Shown: positions 9,822-20,163 of the stretch, piece by piece | How positions within the stretch are numbered: the stretch's first letter is position 1 | How the letters are laid out: every line of letters begins with the position of its first letter | Source of the DNA: an uncultured Gemmatimonadales bacterium | GTDB taxonomy: Bacteria > Gemmatimonadota > Gemmatimonadetes > Gemmatimonadales > Gemmatimonadaceae | DNA length: 64,000 bases | Assembly (NCBI GenBank): GCA_963701965.1 | Contig: OY969695.1 | Span: forward strand, 1,216,001-1,280,000 | Direction: 5' to 3' | Notes under the pieces: generated by a model | Told to the model about the DNA's origin: nothing | Database searches by the model: none | What the model saw: only the letters and a program-made list of their open reading frames with translations | Program-made: the position numbers and the translations under genes

Positions 9822-11306
9822 TTGGCCGAAGAAGCGACGCTCGTCGAGATCCGCGAGCTCGAGGCCGACTACGAGATCCTGGGTGAGCTCGGCCGCGGGG
9901 GGATGTCGATCGTGTACCTGGCCCGCGACCGCGAGCTGGGACGGGACGTCGCCATCAAGGTCATTCACACGGCGTCGAGCGTCGACGACGAGACCATCGC
10001 GCGCCAGCTCAACGAAGCGCGCACGGTCGCGCAGCTGCAGCACCCGAACGTCGTCTCCATCCACGCCGTCAAGCGCCTGAGCACGCGCGGCCTCGCCCTC
10101 GTCATGCAGTACATCCCGGGGCGGAGTCTGGAGCGCGCCATCCACGAAGATGGGCCGTTCGCCCCCGAGCGCGCCGAGTCCATCCTGACCGATATCGCGG
10201 CGGCGCTGGCGTATGCCCACGCCCGCGGCGTCGTCCACCGCGACATCAAGCCCGAGAACATCTTCCTCAACGAAGAGACCGGGCGCGCGCTCCTGTCCGA
10301 CTTCGGTATCGCGCTCTCCGCGGAGATGCGCCAACAGCGGGCCAGCGCCGACCTCCTGGTCGGCACGCCGGCCTACATGTCGCCAGAACAGATCGACGGA
10401 CAGCCCCTCGACGGGCGCAGCGATCTCTTTGGCTTGGGACTCGTCGGCTACGAGATGCTCGTGGGCGTGCGGCCGTGGGTGGACATGAACGTCGCCGATG
10501 TGATGTACCGGCAGAAGTTCGATCCGCTGCCGGCGATCGCGGGAGTGCGCGGCGACGTGCCGTCCCGTCTGATCATGGTGCTGGAACGTTCGCTGGAAAA
10601 GGATCGGGCGGTGCGCTGGGAGAGCGCCCAGGCGTTTCTGAGCGCGCTGTCGGACGACGAGTGGGTGCGCGAGCGCGGCGGCGCGCAGTCCGGCGCCCCG
10701 CCCAATCGCGTCGCGGCGCACCTCGGTCCGATTGGCGTCCCGACGCCCCAATCGCCGATGCCCCAGCTCCATACCGTACAGTACCGGCGCGCCGGACAGC
10801 CCGTGCCGACGCCGGCCGAGCCGTTCGATCCGCTGCCCGATCTGTCGCTCATCCCCATGCCGCCGCCCGCGCGGCGGGTGTGGCCACTGGCGGTCGGTCT
10901 CGGGGTTGCGGCGCTCGTCGTGGTCGGCGTGGCCGCGGTGGTGATCAATCCCGATCTCCTCGCCGGCAACCGGGCCACGCGCCCGACCGACTTGCGCTCG
11001 GACAGCTTGCAGCGGGCCGCGCTGACCGCGCTCCGCGATTCGGCGGCGCGCGCGGGGAACGAGGCCGCCCGGCGCGCCGCCGACAGCGCGGCGGCCGCCA
11101 CCGCCGCCGCCGACTCGATGGCCGCCGCCCGACTGGTGGCGGCCCGCGACTCCGAGACGCAACTGCTGGCGCAGCAAGCGAAGAAAACACCCGCGCCACC
11201 GGTGGCCGCGCCGCCGACGCCGGCGCCAGCACCGACTCCGACTCCGCCACCAAGTCCCGTCGCATCAGCCCCCCCCCCGCGGCAGCGCCCACGGTGGCCC
11301 CGGTGA
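9822..11306 (+). CDS. Hanks-type Ser/Thr protein kinase with TM segment (probably continues into RCC1 domain across a frameshift)
   Basis: GRGGMSIVY, VAIK, HRDIKPEN, DFG, GTPAYMSPE; TM LAVGLGVAALVVVGVAAVVI. Confidence 0.93.
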   Translation: MAEEATLVEIRELEADYEILGELGRGGMSIVYLARDRELGRDVAIKVIHTASSVDDETIARQLNEARTVAQLQHPNVVSIHAVKRLSTRGLALVMQYIPGRSLERAIHEDGPFAPERAESILTDIAAALAYAHARGVVHRDIKPENIFLNEETGRALLSDFGIALSAEMRQQRASADLLVGTPAYMSPEQIDGQPLDGRSDLFGLGLVGYEMLVGVRPWVDMNVADVMYRQKFDPLPAIAGVRGDVPSRLIMVLERSLEKDRAVRWESAQAFLSALSDDEWVRERGGAQSGAPPNRVAAHLGPIGVPTPQSPMPQLHTVQYRRAGQPVPTPAEPFDPLPDLSLIPMPPPARRVWPLAVGLGVAALVVVGVAAVVINPDLLAGNRATRPTDLRSDSLQRAALTALRDSAARAGNEAARRAADSAAAATAAADSMAAARLVAARDSETQLLAQQAKKTPAPPVAAPPTPAPAPTPTPPPSPVASAPPPRQRPRWPR

Positions 11307-12382
11307 CGGGCGCCATCATCCATCCGCCCGCCCTCTCACCGGTAGCCGCGGGCGGACTCCACACCTGTCTCCTCGATGCCCGCGGCAGCACCCTGTGCTG
11401 GGGCAACAACGACCGGGGCCAGCTCGGGACCGGGTCGACGGCTCGGCTGGCGGGTGCCGTGCACATCGATGGCGACATGCAGTTCACGCAGATCGCCGCG
11501 GGGACGGACCACACGTGCGGCGTGACCCGGGTCGGCGCGGTCTACTGCTGGGGCAGCAACGAATCCGGGCAGCTGGGGACCGGGGATGGCGCCAACCACG
11601 CGGCACCAACGAAAGTCGCGGGCGACCACCTATTTCACATCGTGGAAACCGGCAATGGCTACACGTGCGCCCTCTCGGCGGCCGGCGACGCGTGGTGTTG
11701 GGGGCGCAACCTGTACGGCGAGCTGGGAAACGGCAGCACCAACAACAGCAACGTACCGGTGAAAGTCGCCAGTGGCGCCCACTTCGCGGTCCTGACGGCC
11801 GGCGCCCACCACGCCTGCGCGCTGGACCAAGTCGGACAGTCCTACTGCTGGGGCCAGAACACATATGGTCAGCTTGGCGACGGCACGCATATCGTGCGCG
11901 CGGCGCCCACGGCGATTCTCGGCGGGATCGCGTTCCGGGCGATCGCCGCGGGGGGATACCATACGTGCGCGCTCACCACGGCGGGCCAGACCTACTGTTG
12001 GGGGCGCAACAGCTACGGTCAGCTGGGTATTCCCGACGGACAGGAACACGACTTGCCAACAGCACTCAAGAGCCCGGTCGGATTCATGACGCTGACGGCC
12101 GGACTCGTACACACTTGTGCGCTCACGTCGGGTGGCGATGCCTATTGCTGGGGGCGCAACACGTACGGGCAACTGGGTGACGGTTCAATGATCGATCGGA
12201 ACACACCGGTGCGCGTCTCGACGACGCAAACGCTGGCGGCAATACACGCCAGCGGGTCGCACACGTGCGCGGTGACCGGCGCCGGCGCTACGCTGTGCTG
12301 GGGCTACAACAGCGACGGGCAATTGGACGACGGCACGACCAGCCACCGGTCGGAACCGGTGGCCATTACCGGTGCACGATAA
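11303..12382 (+). CDS. RCC1/BLIP-II beta-propeller (7 repeats), likely the kinase's extracytoplasmic domain
   Basis: Seven xAGxxHTC...G.xxCWGxNxxGQLG repeats; no signal peptide of its own. Confidence 0.88.
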   Translation: MTGAIIHPPALSPVAAGGLHTCLLDARGSTLCWGNNDRGQLGTGSTARLAGAVHIDGDMQFTQIAAGTDHTCGVTRVGAVYCWGSNESGQLGTGDGANHAAPTKVAGDHLFHIVETGNGYTCALSAAGDAWCWGRNLYGELGNGSTNNSNVPVKVASGAHFAVLTAGAHHACALDQVGQSYCWGQNTYGQLGDGTHIVRAAPTAILGGIAFRAIAAGGYHTCALTTAGQTYCWGRNSYGQLGIPDGQEHDLPTALKSPVGFMTLTAGLVHTCALTSGGDAYCWGRNTYGQLGDGSMIDRNTPVRVSTTQTLAAIHASGSHTCAVTGAGATLCWGYNSDGQLDDGTTSHRSEPVAITGAR

Positions 12383-15300
12383 ACGCGTCGTCGGCGCCTA
12401 CTGGCGCCGGGTGGCGGGCGTCGCCGTCGTTCTGACTGGCGTCGGCATCGCCTATGCGTGCTCGGACTCCAGCGCGCCGAACACGCATGGCGTGACCAAT
12501 GTGGTCCTGACGCCAGACACGGTGGCGCTGGTCGAGGACTCCACAGCGCAGCTCTCGGCGCAGCCCGTCAGTAGCAGCGGGACCGCGGTCGGCGGGCTGC
12601 CGGTCTTTTGGTCGTCCAGCGACTCGCTCACCGTCTCCGTCTCCCAGTCCGGCGTGATCAAAGGGTTGCGGCTGGGCACGGCGTCCATCGCGGCCAGTGC
12701 CCTCGGGGTGTCGAGCAAGCACCCGGCGCAGGTCACGGTCATCCAGACGCCCGTGGCCACGCTCGTCGTGGCGCCGTCCGGCGTGACGCTCCGCGTGGGG
12801 AACGCCTTCCAATTCAGCGATACCGCCAAGGACGCGAACGGCAACGTGCTCACGGGCCGGACGGTGACCTGGCTCAGCAGCGATACGAACATTGCGCCAA
12901 TCGACCAATCCGGCCTCGTGATCGCGCGGAAAGCCGGGACGACGGTCATCACGGCGCGATCCGGCGGCGCCACCGGCACCGCGACGGTCACGGTGAGCAG
13001 CGTGCCGGTGAAGAAGATCGTGATCGCGCCGGCGCATCCCACCGTCGTCCTCCACGAAGAGACGCAGCTTAGCGCGACGACGCAGGATTCGGCGGGAAAC
13101 ATCCTCTCGGGTCGGGCGGTCACCTGGACGTCGCGCAACACCAGCATCGCGACCGTCGACCCGGCGACTGGCCTCGTCACCGGCGTGGCCGTCGGGGCGG
13201 ACTCGATCATCGCGACGAGTGAGAGTGTCAGCGCCGGCGTGTCGGTCACGGTGCAGGCGATTCCGATCAATGCCGTTTTGTTGTCGCCGCAGACGGCGAA
13301 TCTCCTCATTGGACAGGGTCAGACGCTGACGGCGACCGTGACGGACAATACCGGAACGCCGATTCCGAACGCGACGGTCACATTCAGTAGCGGCACACCC
13401 GCCGTCGCGACGGTCACGTCGACCGGGGCGCTCACGGCCACGGTCACGGCGGTGGCGGCCGGGACGGCGAAGATCACGGGGACGTCGGGCACGCAGAGCG
13501 GGACGTCGACCATCACGGTCGGCACGGTGCCCGTGCGATCGGTCGTGGTGACGCCGGCCAACGACACGATCACACAAGGCGGCACGGTGCAGCTCACCGC
13601 CACGCCGAAGGATTCGGTGGGCAACACGCTCACCGGTCGCACCGCGACGTGGAGCTCGAGCAACGCCGGCGTCGCCAAGGTCTCGACGACCGGTCTCGTG
13701 ACCGGCGTGGCGCCGGGCACCACCGCGATCTTCGCCACGATCGGCGGCGTGCAGGGCAATGCGACCGTCACGATTCGTCAGATTCCCGTCGGATCGGTGA
13801 CGATCACACCGGCGGTCGACACCGTGAGCGTGAGCTCCCAACGTCAGCTATCGGTCGTCGTCAAAGACTCAATCGGGAATACGCTCAATTCGCCGAGCGT
13901 CACCTGGTCGTCATCGAACAGTGGCGTCGCGTTCGTCAACGGCTCGGGTCTCGTGCTGGGTGTCGGTACAGGGACCGCACGGATCATTGCGCAGAGCGGC
14001 ACAAAGGCGGACACCAATACCACGGTGGTCGTTACTGCTCAGGTTGCGCACGTCACGATCAATCCCGCGGGTCCCAGCAGTGTCGTGGCAGGTCAGTCCC
14101 TGAAGCTGCAGGCTACGCTGACCGACGCGAACAACAATGCGCTTCCGGGTCAAGCCGTAACCTGGTCGTCGTCAGCGCCGGGAACAGCGACCGTGACCGC
14201 GGGCGCTGCGACGACCGGAGGCCCCGATACCGCCACAGCCACCGGTGTTGCCGCCGGACCCGTGACCATCACGGCGACGGCGGCGAACAACGTATCAGAC
14301 ACCCTGCAACTCACGGTGACGCCGTCCGTGACGGGCATCTCTCTGACACCGAACCCGGTCAACGTGCACGTGGCGTTTACGCAGCAGGTGAGCGCACAGG
14401 TGTTCGGGCCGTCGGGGCAGATCACCAATCCGCAAATCACATGGGCCACAAAGTCCGGCGGGACCACGGCTAGCGTCAACGCGACGGGACTCGTTCGCGG
14501 GGTTGCAGTCGGCACGGACACTCTCATTGTGACCAGCGGCGGCACCACCGCGCGGGAAGGGATCAACGTCTCCGCCGCGCCTGTCGACTCCGTCGCCGTG
14601 AGCCCGGCCACGTCGACCATCAACGAGTCGCAAACGCAACAGTTGACGGCAACGACTTTCGACTCATTGCACAACCAGCTCACGGGTCGGCCCGTGACTT
14701 GGTCCTCGAACAACGCGTCGCTGGCGACCGTGAGCACTTCAGGCCTCGTCACGCCCGCGGGTGGCACTGGGAACACGGGTACCGCCACGATTACCGCGAC
14801 GAGCGGCAGCGCATCGGCAACGGCGACGGTGACTATCACCGCGATTCCCGTGACCGGCGTCGTGGTCGCCCCGCCGAGCGCAACGATCTACGCGTCGGGC
14901 GCGTCGAGCACGCAGCAGTTCACCGCGACCACGACGCCCACTGGCCAGCCGGTGACGTGGGGCACGACCGCCGCTGGAGTCGTGGGCGTCGGCTCGACGA
15001 CCGGTCTCGCCACGGGCGCCGGCTATGGCACGGCGACGATCACGGCGACGAGCACGACGAGTCCGGGCGCATCCGGGAACGCGGGGGTCACCGTGATCGG
15101 GCACGTCGCGACGGTGACGGTCGGTCCGCCCGGCACTTGCCCGGTGCAGTTGAGCACGACGCTCAATCCCGGAGGCACGACGCAACTCACCGTCACGTTC
15201 CAGGACATCTCCAGCGTCGACATCTCGGGTCAGCCACAACCGGTGACGTGGACATCGTCCGACTTCAGTCAGGTCGCGATCAACGGCGGCTCTTCGCCCG

Positions 15301-15437
15301 TCACCGTCAATCCGGCCAACTCGGCGTCCGTGGTCATCGGCCTCGGCACCGCGCCAGGCCTCGGCAACTCGGCGACGATCACGGCCACGTCGCTCAATGG
15401 CACGAGCGGATCCTGCACGGTGAACCTGGGCCTGTGA
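12372..15437 (+). CDS. Large Ig-like (BIG2) repeat lipoprotein
   Basis: Lipobox-like IAYACSDS; about 10-11 repeats with VTWxSSx..VAxVx..GLVTG..xGTAxITA. Confidence 0.88.
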   Translation: MHDKRVVGAYWRRVAGVAVVLTGVGIAYACSDSSAPNTHGVTNVVLTPDTVALVEDSTAQLSAQPVSSSGTAVGGLPVFWSSSDSLTVSVSQSGVIKGLRLGTASIAASALGVSSKHPAQVTVIQTPVATLVVAPSGVTLRVGNAFQFSDTAKDANGNVLTGRTVTWLSSDTNIAPIDQSGLVIARKAGTTVITARSGGATGTATVTVSSVPVKKIVIAPAHPTVVLHEETQLSATTQDSAGNILSGRAVTWTSRNTSIATVDPATGLVTGVAVGADSIIATSESVSAGVSVTVQAIPINAVLLSPQTANLLIGQGQTLTATVTDNTGTPIPNATVTFSSGTPAVATVTSTGALTATVTAVAAGTAKITGTSGTQSGTSTITVGTVPVRSVVVTPANDTITQGGTVQLTATPKDSVGNTLTGRTATWSSSNAGVAKVSTTGLVTGVAPGTTAIFATIGGVQGNATVTIRQIPVGSVTITPAVDTVSVSSQRQLSVVVKDSIGNTLNSPSVTWSSSNSGVAFVNGSGLVLGVGTGTARIIAQSGTKADTNTTVVVTAQVAHVTINPAGPSSVVAGQSLKLQATLTDANNNALPGQAVTWSSSAPGTATVTAGAATTGGPDTATATGVAAGPVTITATAANNVSDTLQLTVTPSVTGISLTPNPVNVHVAFTQQVSAQVFGPSGQITNPQITWATKSGGTTASVNATGLVRGVAVGTDTLIVTSGGTTAREGINVSAAPVDSVAVSPATSTINESQTQQLTATTFDSLHNQLTGRPVTWSSNNASLATVSTSGLVTPAGGTGNTGTATITATSGSASATATVTITAIPVTGVVVAPPSATIYASGASSTQQFTATTTPTGQPVTWGTTAAGVVGVGSTTGLATGAGYGTATITATSTTSPGASGNAGVTVIGHVATVTVGPPGTCPVQLSTTLNPGGTTQLTVTFQDISSVDISGQPQPVTWTSSDFSQVAINGGSSPVTVNPANSASVVIGLGTAPGLGNSATITATSLNGTSGSCTVNLGL

Positions 15438-15442
15438 GTACG

Positions 15443-16570
15443 ATGAGCCGCCGATTGCTCTCCGCCGCGAGCGTGATCTCGACGATCGCCCTCGGCCGCG
15501 CGGCCGCCGCGCAGGACCTGCCGCTCAAACGCACTCCGCCGGCGGCGACGGTCGTGGCCTGCCCGGCGTTCACGGCGCCGGCCACACCGGTGCGCGCGCA
15601 GATCGATGAGTCGAACCGCCTGGCCACGCTGGGGCAGGAAGCGGCGATCGAAGGCGATCACGCGTCGGCCCGCGGATTGTTCCAGCAAGCGGCGCAGATC
15701 AATCAGTCGGACGCCAGTCTCGCTTTTCGTCTTGCCCACGAGCAAGAGGAGATCGGCGACAAGGCGGCCGCGGTGCACGAGTACTGCCGCTATCTCTATT
15801 TGTCCCCGACCGCCGGCGACGCCACGCAGATCAATGACAAGATCAAGGGTCTGATCGCGGGCCCCGACCTGGCGCGCGGCACGGCGACGGTCAATGACTT
15901 CGCGACCGGGGTTCGTCAGTTCGACTCAGGGAGCTGGGGCAATGCCGCCGAGGCGTTCACGGCGGTCACCAACGCCGCGCCCGGATTCAGCGCCGCGTAC
16001 TACGATCGGGCCCTGGCCCGCGCGCACCAGCACAAACAAACCGCGGCGATTCAGGATTTCGAGCATTATCTCACCCTGGCACCCACCGCGTCGGATCGCC
16101 AAGCGGTGCGCCAGCGCGAGCTCGAGCTGCGCCACTCGCTGCCCAGCGCGTCGAAGGCATTCTGGATCGGACTTCTGCCCGGCGGCGGCCAATACTACAC
16201 CGGCCAGCCGCTCCTCGGCGTGGTCGTGACCGGCCTCGCCGGCGGCGCGGTCGTCTGGGGCATCCAGTCGCAGACCGTCACCAAGACCGGCAACTTCATC
16301 GACGCCAACGGGCGCCCGTACACCCAGACCTTCCAGGCGACCGAGCACCAGCATCTGGCCGCCGGGATCGGAGCCGCGGCTGCCGTCACGTTGCTCGGGG
16401 CCGTCGAAGCGGCCGTCGTGGCCCACAACCGGTCGAGTGGACTGCCGCCGCTCGCCGACAGCACGGTGGCCAGCACGTCATCGGGCGCGTTGCCGCCGCG
16501 TTTCCGCCCGCCGTCCGTCGTGACCGCGGGCGGCCGCCTCGGGCTCGCCCTCAACGTCGAGTTCCGCTAG
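15443..16570 (+). CDS. Secreted/outer-envelope TPR protein
   Basis: Signal peptide ending AAAAQ; TPRs (AAYYDRALA, AIQDFEHYLTLAP); LLPGGGQYYTG motif, hydrophobic hairpin and C-terminal LALNVEFR. Confidence 0.75.
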   Translation: MSRRLLSAASVISTIALGRAAAAQDLPLKRTPPAATVVACPAFTAPATPVRAQIDESNRLATLGQEAAIEGDHASARGLFQQAAQINQSDASLAFRLAHEQEEIGDKAAAVHEYCRYLYLSPTAGDATQINDKIKGLIAGPDLARGTATVNDFATGVRQFDSGSWGNAAEAFTAVTNAAPGFSAAYYDRALARAHQHKQTAAIQDFEHYLTLAPTASDRQAVRQRELELRHSLPSASKAFWIGLLPGGGQYYTGQPLLGVVVTGLAGGAVVWGIQSQTVTKTGNFIDANGRPYTQTFQATEHQHLAAGIGAAAAVTLLGAVEAAVVAHNRSSGLPPLADSTVASTSSGALPPRFRPPSVVTAGGRLGLALNVEFR

Positions 16571-17353
16571 TTAGAGACGGCCCATGTTCCAGGTCAGGCC
16601 CGCGTAGACGTACGACGTCTGCGGGCCGCGGAGCGTCGGACTGACTCCGGCATCGAACACCAGAAACTTGTAGGCCGTGAACGTGGGGCCGGTCAGGCAG
16701 GCCACGATCGGCCGCTGACCCGACACGCCACCGGTGCCCGGCAGACCCGACACCTCGCCCGTCCATCCGAAGGGACCCAGGATCGTGACGCCGCTGGACA
16801 CGGTCCACAACGTGGCCGTCCGCGCCGCCCGCGTCCCGCTCCCCGTGCGGTGCGTGTATCCGACGTTCACATCGAGCGACAGCGGACCGAAGTCGTGACT
16901 GGAGATGAGCAAGAGCCCGACATCGGTGGTGCCGGTGCTGGTACCCCCGACGCCGGTGGGCACCTTCACACTGGGCAGCACGGCGAAGTCTCCCACGAGC
17001 GGAGCGTCATCGACGAGGCGCCACTTGAGGCCCACCGCCGCGTCGCCCAATCCCTCCGAATGCATCCCCAGGCCGGTCGTGGCCTGCCAGTTGAGAATGA
17101 GCGACAGCTGGACCCGCGGCGCGACGCCGAACTTCGTGACCGATGGCGTCAGCGTGGCCAGCCCCGTCCGCGCCTCGGCGCGTTGCAGGCCGAACTCCTC
17201 CTCGACCCATCCGGGCGCTACAGTGCCGGCATGCGTCGCCACGGTCGGCCGCTCCGGCTGGGCGCGATGAGGATCGACCGAATCCGCCGGCGTCTCCTGT
17301 GCGCCCGACCTAGTGGCGGCGAGCAGGAGCAACGCCGCCACGAGACGCCGCAC
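16571..17353 (-). CDS. Outer-membrane beta-barrel transporter-family protein (MetA-pathway-of-phenol-degradation-like)
   Basis: Signal peptide; PERPTVATHAGTVAPGWVEEEFG, GLGDAAVGLKWR, PSVKVPTG; GTG start overlaps upstream TAG. Confidence 0.7.
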   Translation of the reverse strand: MRRLVAALLLLAATRSGAQETPADSVDPHRAQPERPTVATHAGTVAPGWVEEEFGLQRAEARTGLATLTPSVTKFGVAPRVQLSLILNWQATTGLGMHSEGLGDAAVGLKWRLVDDAPLVGDFAVLPSVKVPTGVGGTSTGTTDVGLLLISSHDFGPLSLDVNVGYTHRTGSGTRAARTATLWTVSSGVTILGPFGWTGEVSGLPGTGGVSGQRPIVACLTGPTFTAYKFLVFDAGVSPTLRGPQTSYVYAGLTWNMGRL

Positions 17354-18021
17354 TATGGCGACCGCCGCGGCCGTTTGGGCGGCCGGTCGAGATCGGCCAG
17401 CCAGTCGGCGGCTCCCTGCACTTCGCCCGATGTCAGCGCGTGACCCGCTTCCTCCCACCGTACCGTCACGGCGGCACTCGCCGCGGCGAGAATGCGCAGC
17501 AACTCTTCGGTATTCTCGCGCCGCACAATCGGATCGACCCGCCCCGCCGAGACGTACACCGGCATGCCGTGCAGCGCCGGCAATGGATCGGGCACGAACG
17601 GGACCATGGGCCGGAACAACACGGCGCGCGCGAACACCCCAGGGTGTCGGAGAAAAGCGCTCGTCGCGATGTTCGCGCCGTTCGAATATCCGATCGCCAC
17701 GACGTGCGCGGGGTCGAACCCGTAGGCCTGCGCCGCCCGGGCCACGAACGCCGCCAACTCGTCGGTCCGGGCCGCGAGATCGGCCTGATCGAACACGCCG
17801 AGGGCCAGTCGCTTGAAAAAGCGCGGCGCTCCGTTCTCCAGCACTTTGCCGCGCGGACTCAAGAGCGCCGCGCCCGGCGCGACCGCGGCGCCAAGCGGAA
17901 GCAAATCCCGCTCGTCGCCCCCGGTCCCGTGGAGGACGAGCGCCGTCAGGTTGGAGTTCGGCCGGCCCGGTGCGAAGACATGGACGAAGCCAAGATCGGG
18001 ACGGACGCCCGGACCGGTCAC
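17353..18021 (-). CDS. Alpha/beta hydrolase (phospholipase/carboxylesterase)
   Basis: LHGTGGDERDL, SPRGKVLENG.PRFF, GYSNGANIA, DPIV, GHAL. Confidence 0.92.
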   Translation of the reverse strand: MTGPGVRPDLGFVHVFAPGRPNSNLTALVLHGTGGDERDLLPLGAAVAPGAALLSPRGKVLENGAPRFFKRLALGVFDQADLAARTDELAAFVARAAQAYGFDPAHVVAIGYSNGANIATSAFLRHPGVFARAVLFRPMVPFVPDPLPALHGMPVYVSAGRVDPIVRRENTEELLRILAAASAAVTVRWEEAGHALTSGEVQGAADWLADLDRPPKRPRRSP

Positions 18022-18524
18022 GGGTCATTCCCGCGGACGACGGTCGCCAGGGTCACGATCTGCCCGGCGTGCCGTTGTGTGTGCTCGGCCACGTGGAAGA
18101 GGAGCCCGAATACCGTTTGCGGCAGCGCGGCACGGCCGACCGTGCGCGGTTCGTGCAACGCGTCCGCCGGCGTTGCCCGGATCTGGGCGATCGCGGTGGC
18201 GATGGCGGCTTCCGCGGCGGTGATCAGTGATTCGGCGCCCGCGGGCGGGTGGCCAGGGGCCGCCTCGTCGGAGAGGGCGGCCAGCTGTCGCCGATCCAGC
18301 GCACCACCGCGCGCGTACGTCAGCAAGCGGTCGATACTCCCGGCTACGTGCTTGAGATGAAAGCCGACCGGGGCCGCCCCGCCCGGTTTCGCCCACAACT
18401 CCTCAACCGTGAGTCCGCGAGCGGCGCGCGCGATCTCGTCCCCCGCCTGCATCAGCGCGTGCACCGCGGGCATAACGAGCCGATCCACTCCGGGGATGGG
18501 TCCGCGCAACCATGCCTCGGTCAC
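18018..18524 (-). CDS. DinB family protein
   Basis: EAWLRGP, GFHLKHVAGSIDRLLTY, HVAEHTQRHAGQ. Confidence 0.9.
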   Translation of the reverse strand: MTEAWLRGPIPGVDRLVMPAVHALMQAGDEIARAARGLTVEELWAKPGGAAPVGFHLKHVAGSIDRLLTYARGGALDRRQLAALSDEAAPGHPPAGAESLITAAEAAIATAIAQIRATPADALHEPRTVGRAALPQTVFGLLFHVAEHTQRHAGQIVTLATVVRGNDP

Positions 18525-18597
18525 GCTGGAAGTATAAGCTCCCGTCCCCGGAGCGGCCGACCAGGTCAGGCTCGAATGTCAGGATATGGTGGAAGGG

Positions 18598-18783
18598 TCA
18601 AACCGACGGCTGGTCCTCGTCCTCGTCTTCGTCGTCGGGACCTTGATCCGGCAGTGTCTCCCAGGTCGTCGAGCCCGACAGATTGCGGTTCTCGTTCGTG
18701 TCGCCGATCAGCTCCTCTTGCTCCCGCTGGTATCGTTCGAGTGCTGCCTCTTCGTCACGCTCTTCGTCGCGCTCCCTTTCCAT
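18598..18783 (-). CDS. Small acidic hypothetical protein
   Basis: AGGAGG RBS before ATG; 61 aa, ELIGDTNENRNLSGSTTWETLPDQ core. Confidence 0.7.
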   Translation of the reverse strand: MERERDEERDEEAALERYQREQEELIGDTNENRNLSGSTTWETLPDQGPDDEDEDEDQPSV

Positions 18784-18812
18784 TGTGCCTCCTGGCCTCG
18801 AAGGGGTGAGTC

Positions 18813-19820
18813 ATGAATGCGGAGCACGACCCGGGCCGTGACGCGGCCCGTCAACGCGCCGATACAATCGGCGGCCTTCCACCGGACCCGATCACCATGC
18901 CGGGCGCCGCGCCGGTGTTCGCGGGAACCGCCGGCTGGACCGACCGGACGCTCACGGACCCGGGGGTGTTCTATCCGCGGGGGGTGGCATCGGCCGAGCA
19001 GCGGCTCAGGTACTATGCCAGCCGATTTCCAATGGTCGAGGTCGACTCGACCTTTTATGCGTTACAACCGCCGTCGGTGGTTCACCACTGGATCGAACGG
19101 ACGCCGGACGCGTTTCGATTCTGTCTCAAGGCTCACGCCCTGCTGACCGGCCACCCCAGCGAGCCGCGGCGTCTTCCCATCGACTTGCAGCGCGCGCTCC
19201 CGGCGGACATCGCGGCCAAGCCCCGGGTCTACGCCGGGCAGTTGCCGCCCGAGATCATGGACGAAGTGCGCCGGCGCTTCGCGCTCGCGGTCGCGCCCTT
19301 GGCGGGTGCGGGACGCCTCGGTGCCATCGTCTTCCAGTTTCCACCATGGTTCGGCCCGACCAAGGAGAACGCCCAGGTTTTGGCGAGCCTCAAGGAAGGC
19401 CTCGGCGACCTGCCCATCGCCGTGGAGTTCCGCAACGCCGCGTGGCTCGCCGACCGGCTACGGGAGCGCACGTGGGCGCTGCTCGAGCGGCATTGGCTGG
19501 CTTACGTCATGGTCGACGCGCCCCCCGGCATGCGATCGAGCATGCCGCCCGAGGTGGCGGTCACGTCACCGTTCGTCGCCGTCGTCCGGATGCATGGACG
19601 CCGGACCGAGACCTGGGAACGCAAAGGGGTCTCCGTCGCGGAGCGATATCGGTATCTATACGATCGGGAGGAGCTGGGCGGCTGGATCCCGCGGGTCCGC
19701 GACGCGGCGTCGCGCGTCAAGGAGTCTCACTTCCAGGGCGTTCATGTGGTGTTCAACAACTGTTACGGGAACTACGGCACGACGAACGCCCTGGAGTTCA
19801 TGAGACTGCTGCTGACCTAG
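18813..19820 (+). CDS. DUF72 (YecE-like) protein
   Basis: GTAGWTD, LRYYASRFPMVEVDSTFY, FQFPPWF, AVEFRN, VRMHGR, FNNC. Confidence 0.93.
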   Translation: MNAEHDPGRDAARQRADTIGGLPPDPITMPGAAPVFAGTAGWTDRTLTDPGVFYPRGVASAEQRLRYYASRFPMVEVDSTFYALQPPSVVHHWIERTPDAFRFCLKAHALLTGHPSEPRRLPIDLQRALPADIAAKPRVYAGQLPPEIMDEVRRRFALAVAPLAGAGRLGAIVFQFPPWFGPTKENAQVLASLKEGLGDLPIAVEFRNAAWLADRLRERTWALLERHWLAYVMVDAPPGMRSSMPPEVAVTSPFVAVVRMHGRRTETWERKGVSVAERYRYLYDREELGGWIPRVRDAASRVKESHFQGVHVVFNNCYGNYGTTNALEFMRLLLT

Positions 19821-20089
19821 CGGTCGTAGTCCAAACAGGTGTGCAACTGCGCCAGCGCGACGTCGATCGCCTTCACCGCGTCGACGCGATGACCGCCGAA
19901 GTCGTGGGCGGCGACGCGCAGGTGCTCCTTCGCGTCCTCGAGCGCCCGGATGGCCGCGTGGATCTCCGGGTGGGGCTGACGCGCCGTCACCACGACCGGG
20001 GCCAGGGTCAGGACCGGCGCCGGGGTCGTCTTCCGCGCCCCGCCGACCAGCGTACCCGCCAGCGTCACAATCGCCAAAGCTGCCCGCAT
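19817..20089 (-). CDS. Small secreted helical protein
   Basis: GGAGAG RBS, signal peptide, HPEIHAAIRALEDAKEHL..AAHDFGGHRVDA. Confidence 0.75.
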   Translation of the reverse strand: MRAALAIVTLAGTLVGGARKTTPAPVLTLAPVVVTARQPHPEIHAAIRALEDAKEHLRVAAHDFGGHRVDAVKAIDVALAQLHTCLDYDR

Positions 20090-20163
20090 CGTCTCTCCTC
20101 TCTCTTGGTAGGGGATCTCGATACACGAGACGATCGAGCCCGGGAATGGTTAAAATTCCCGCC

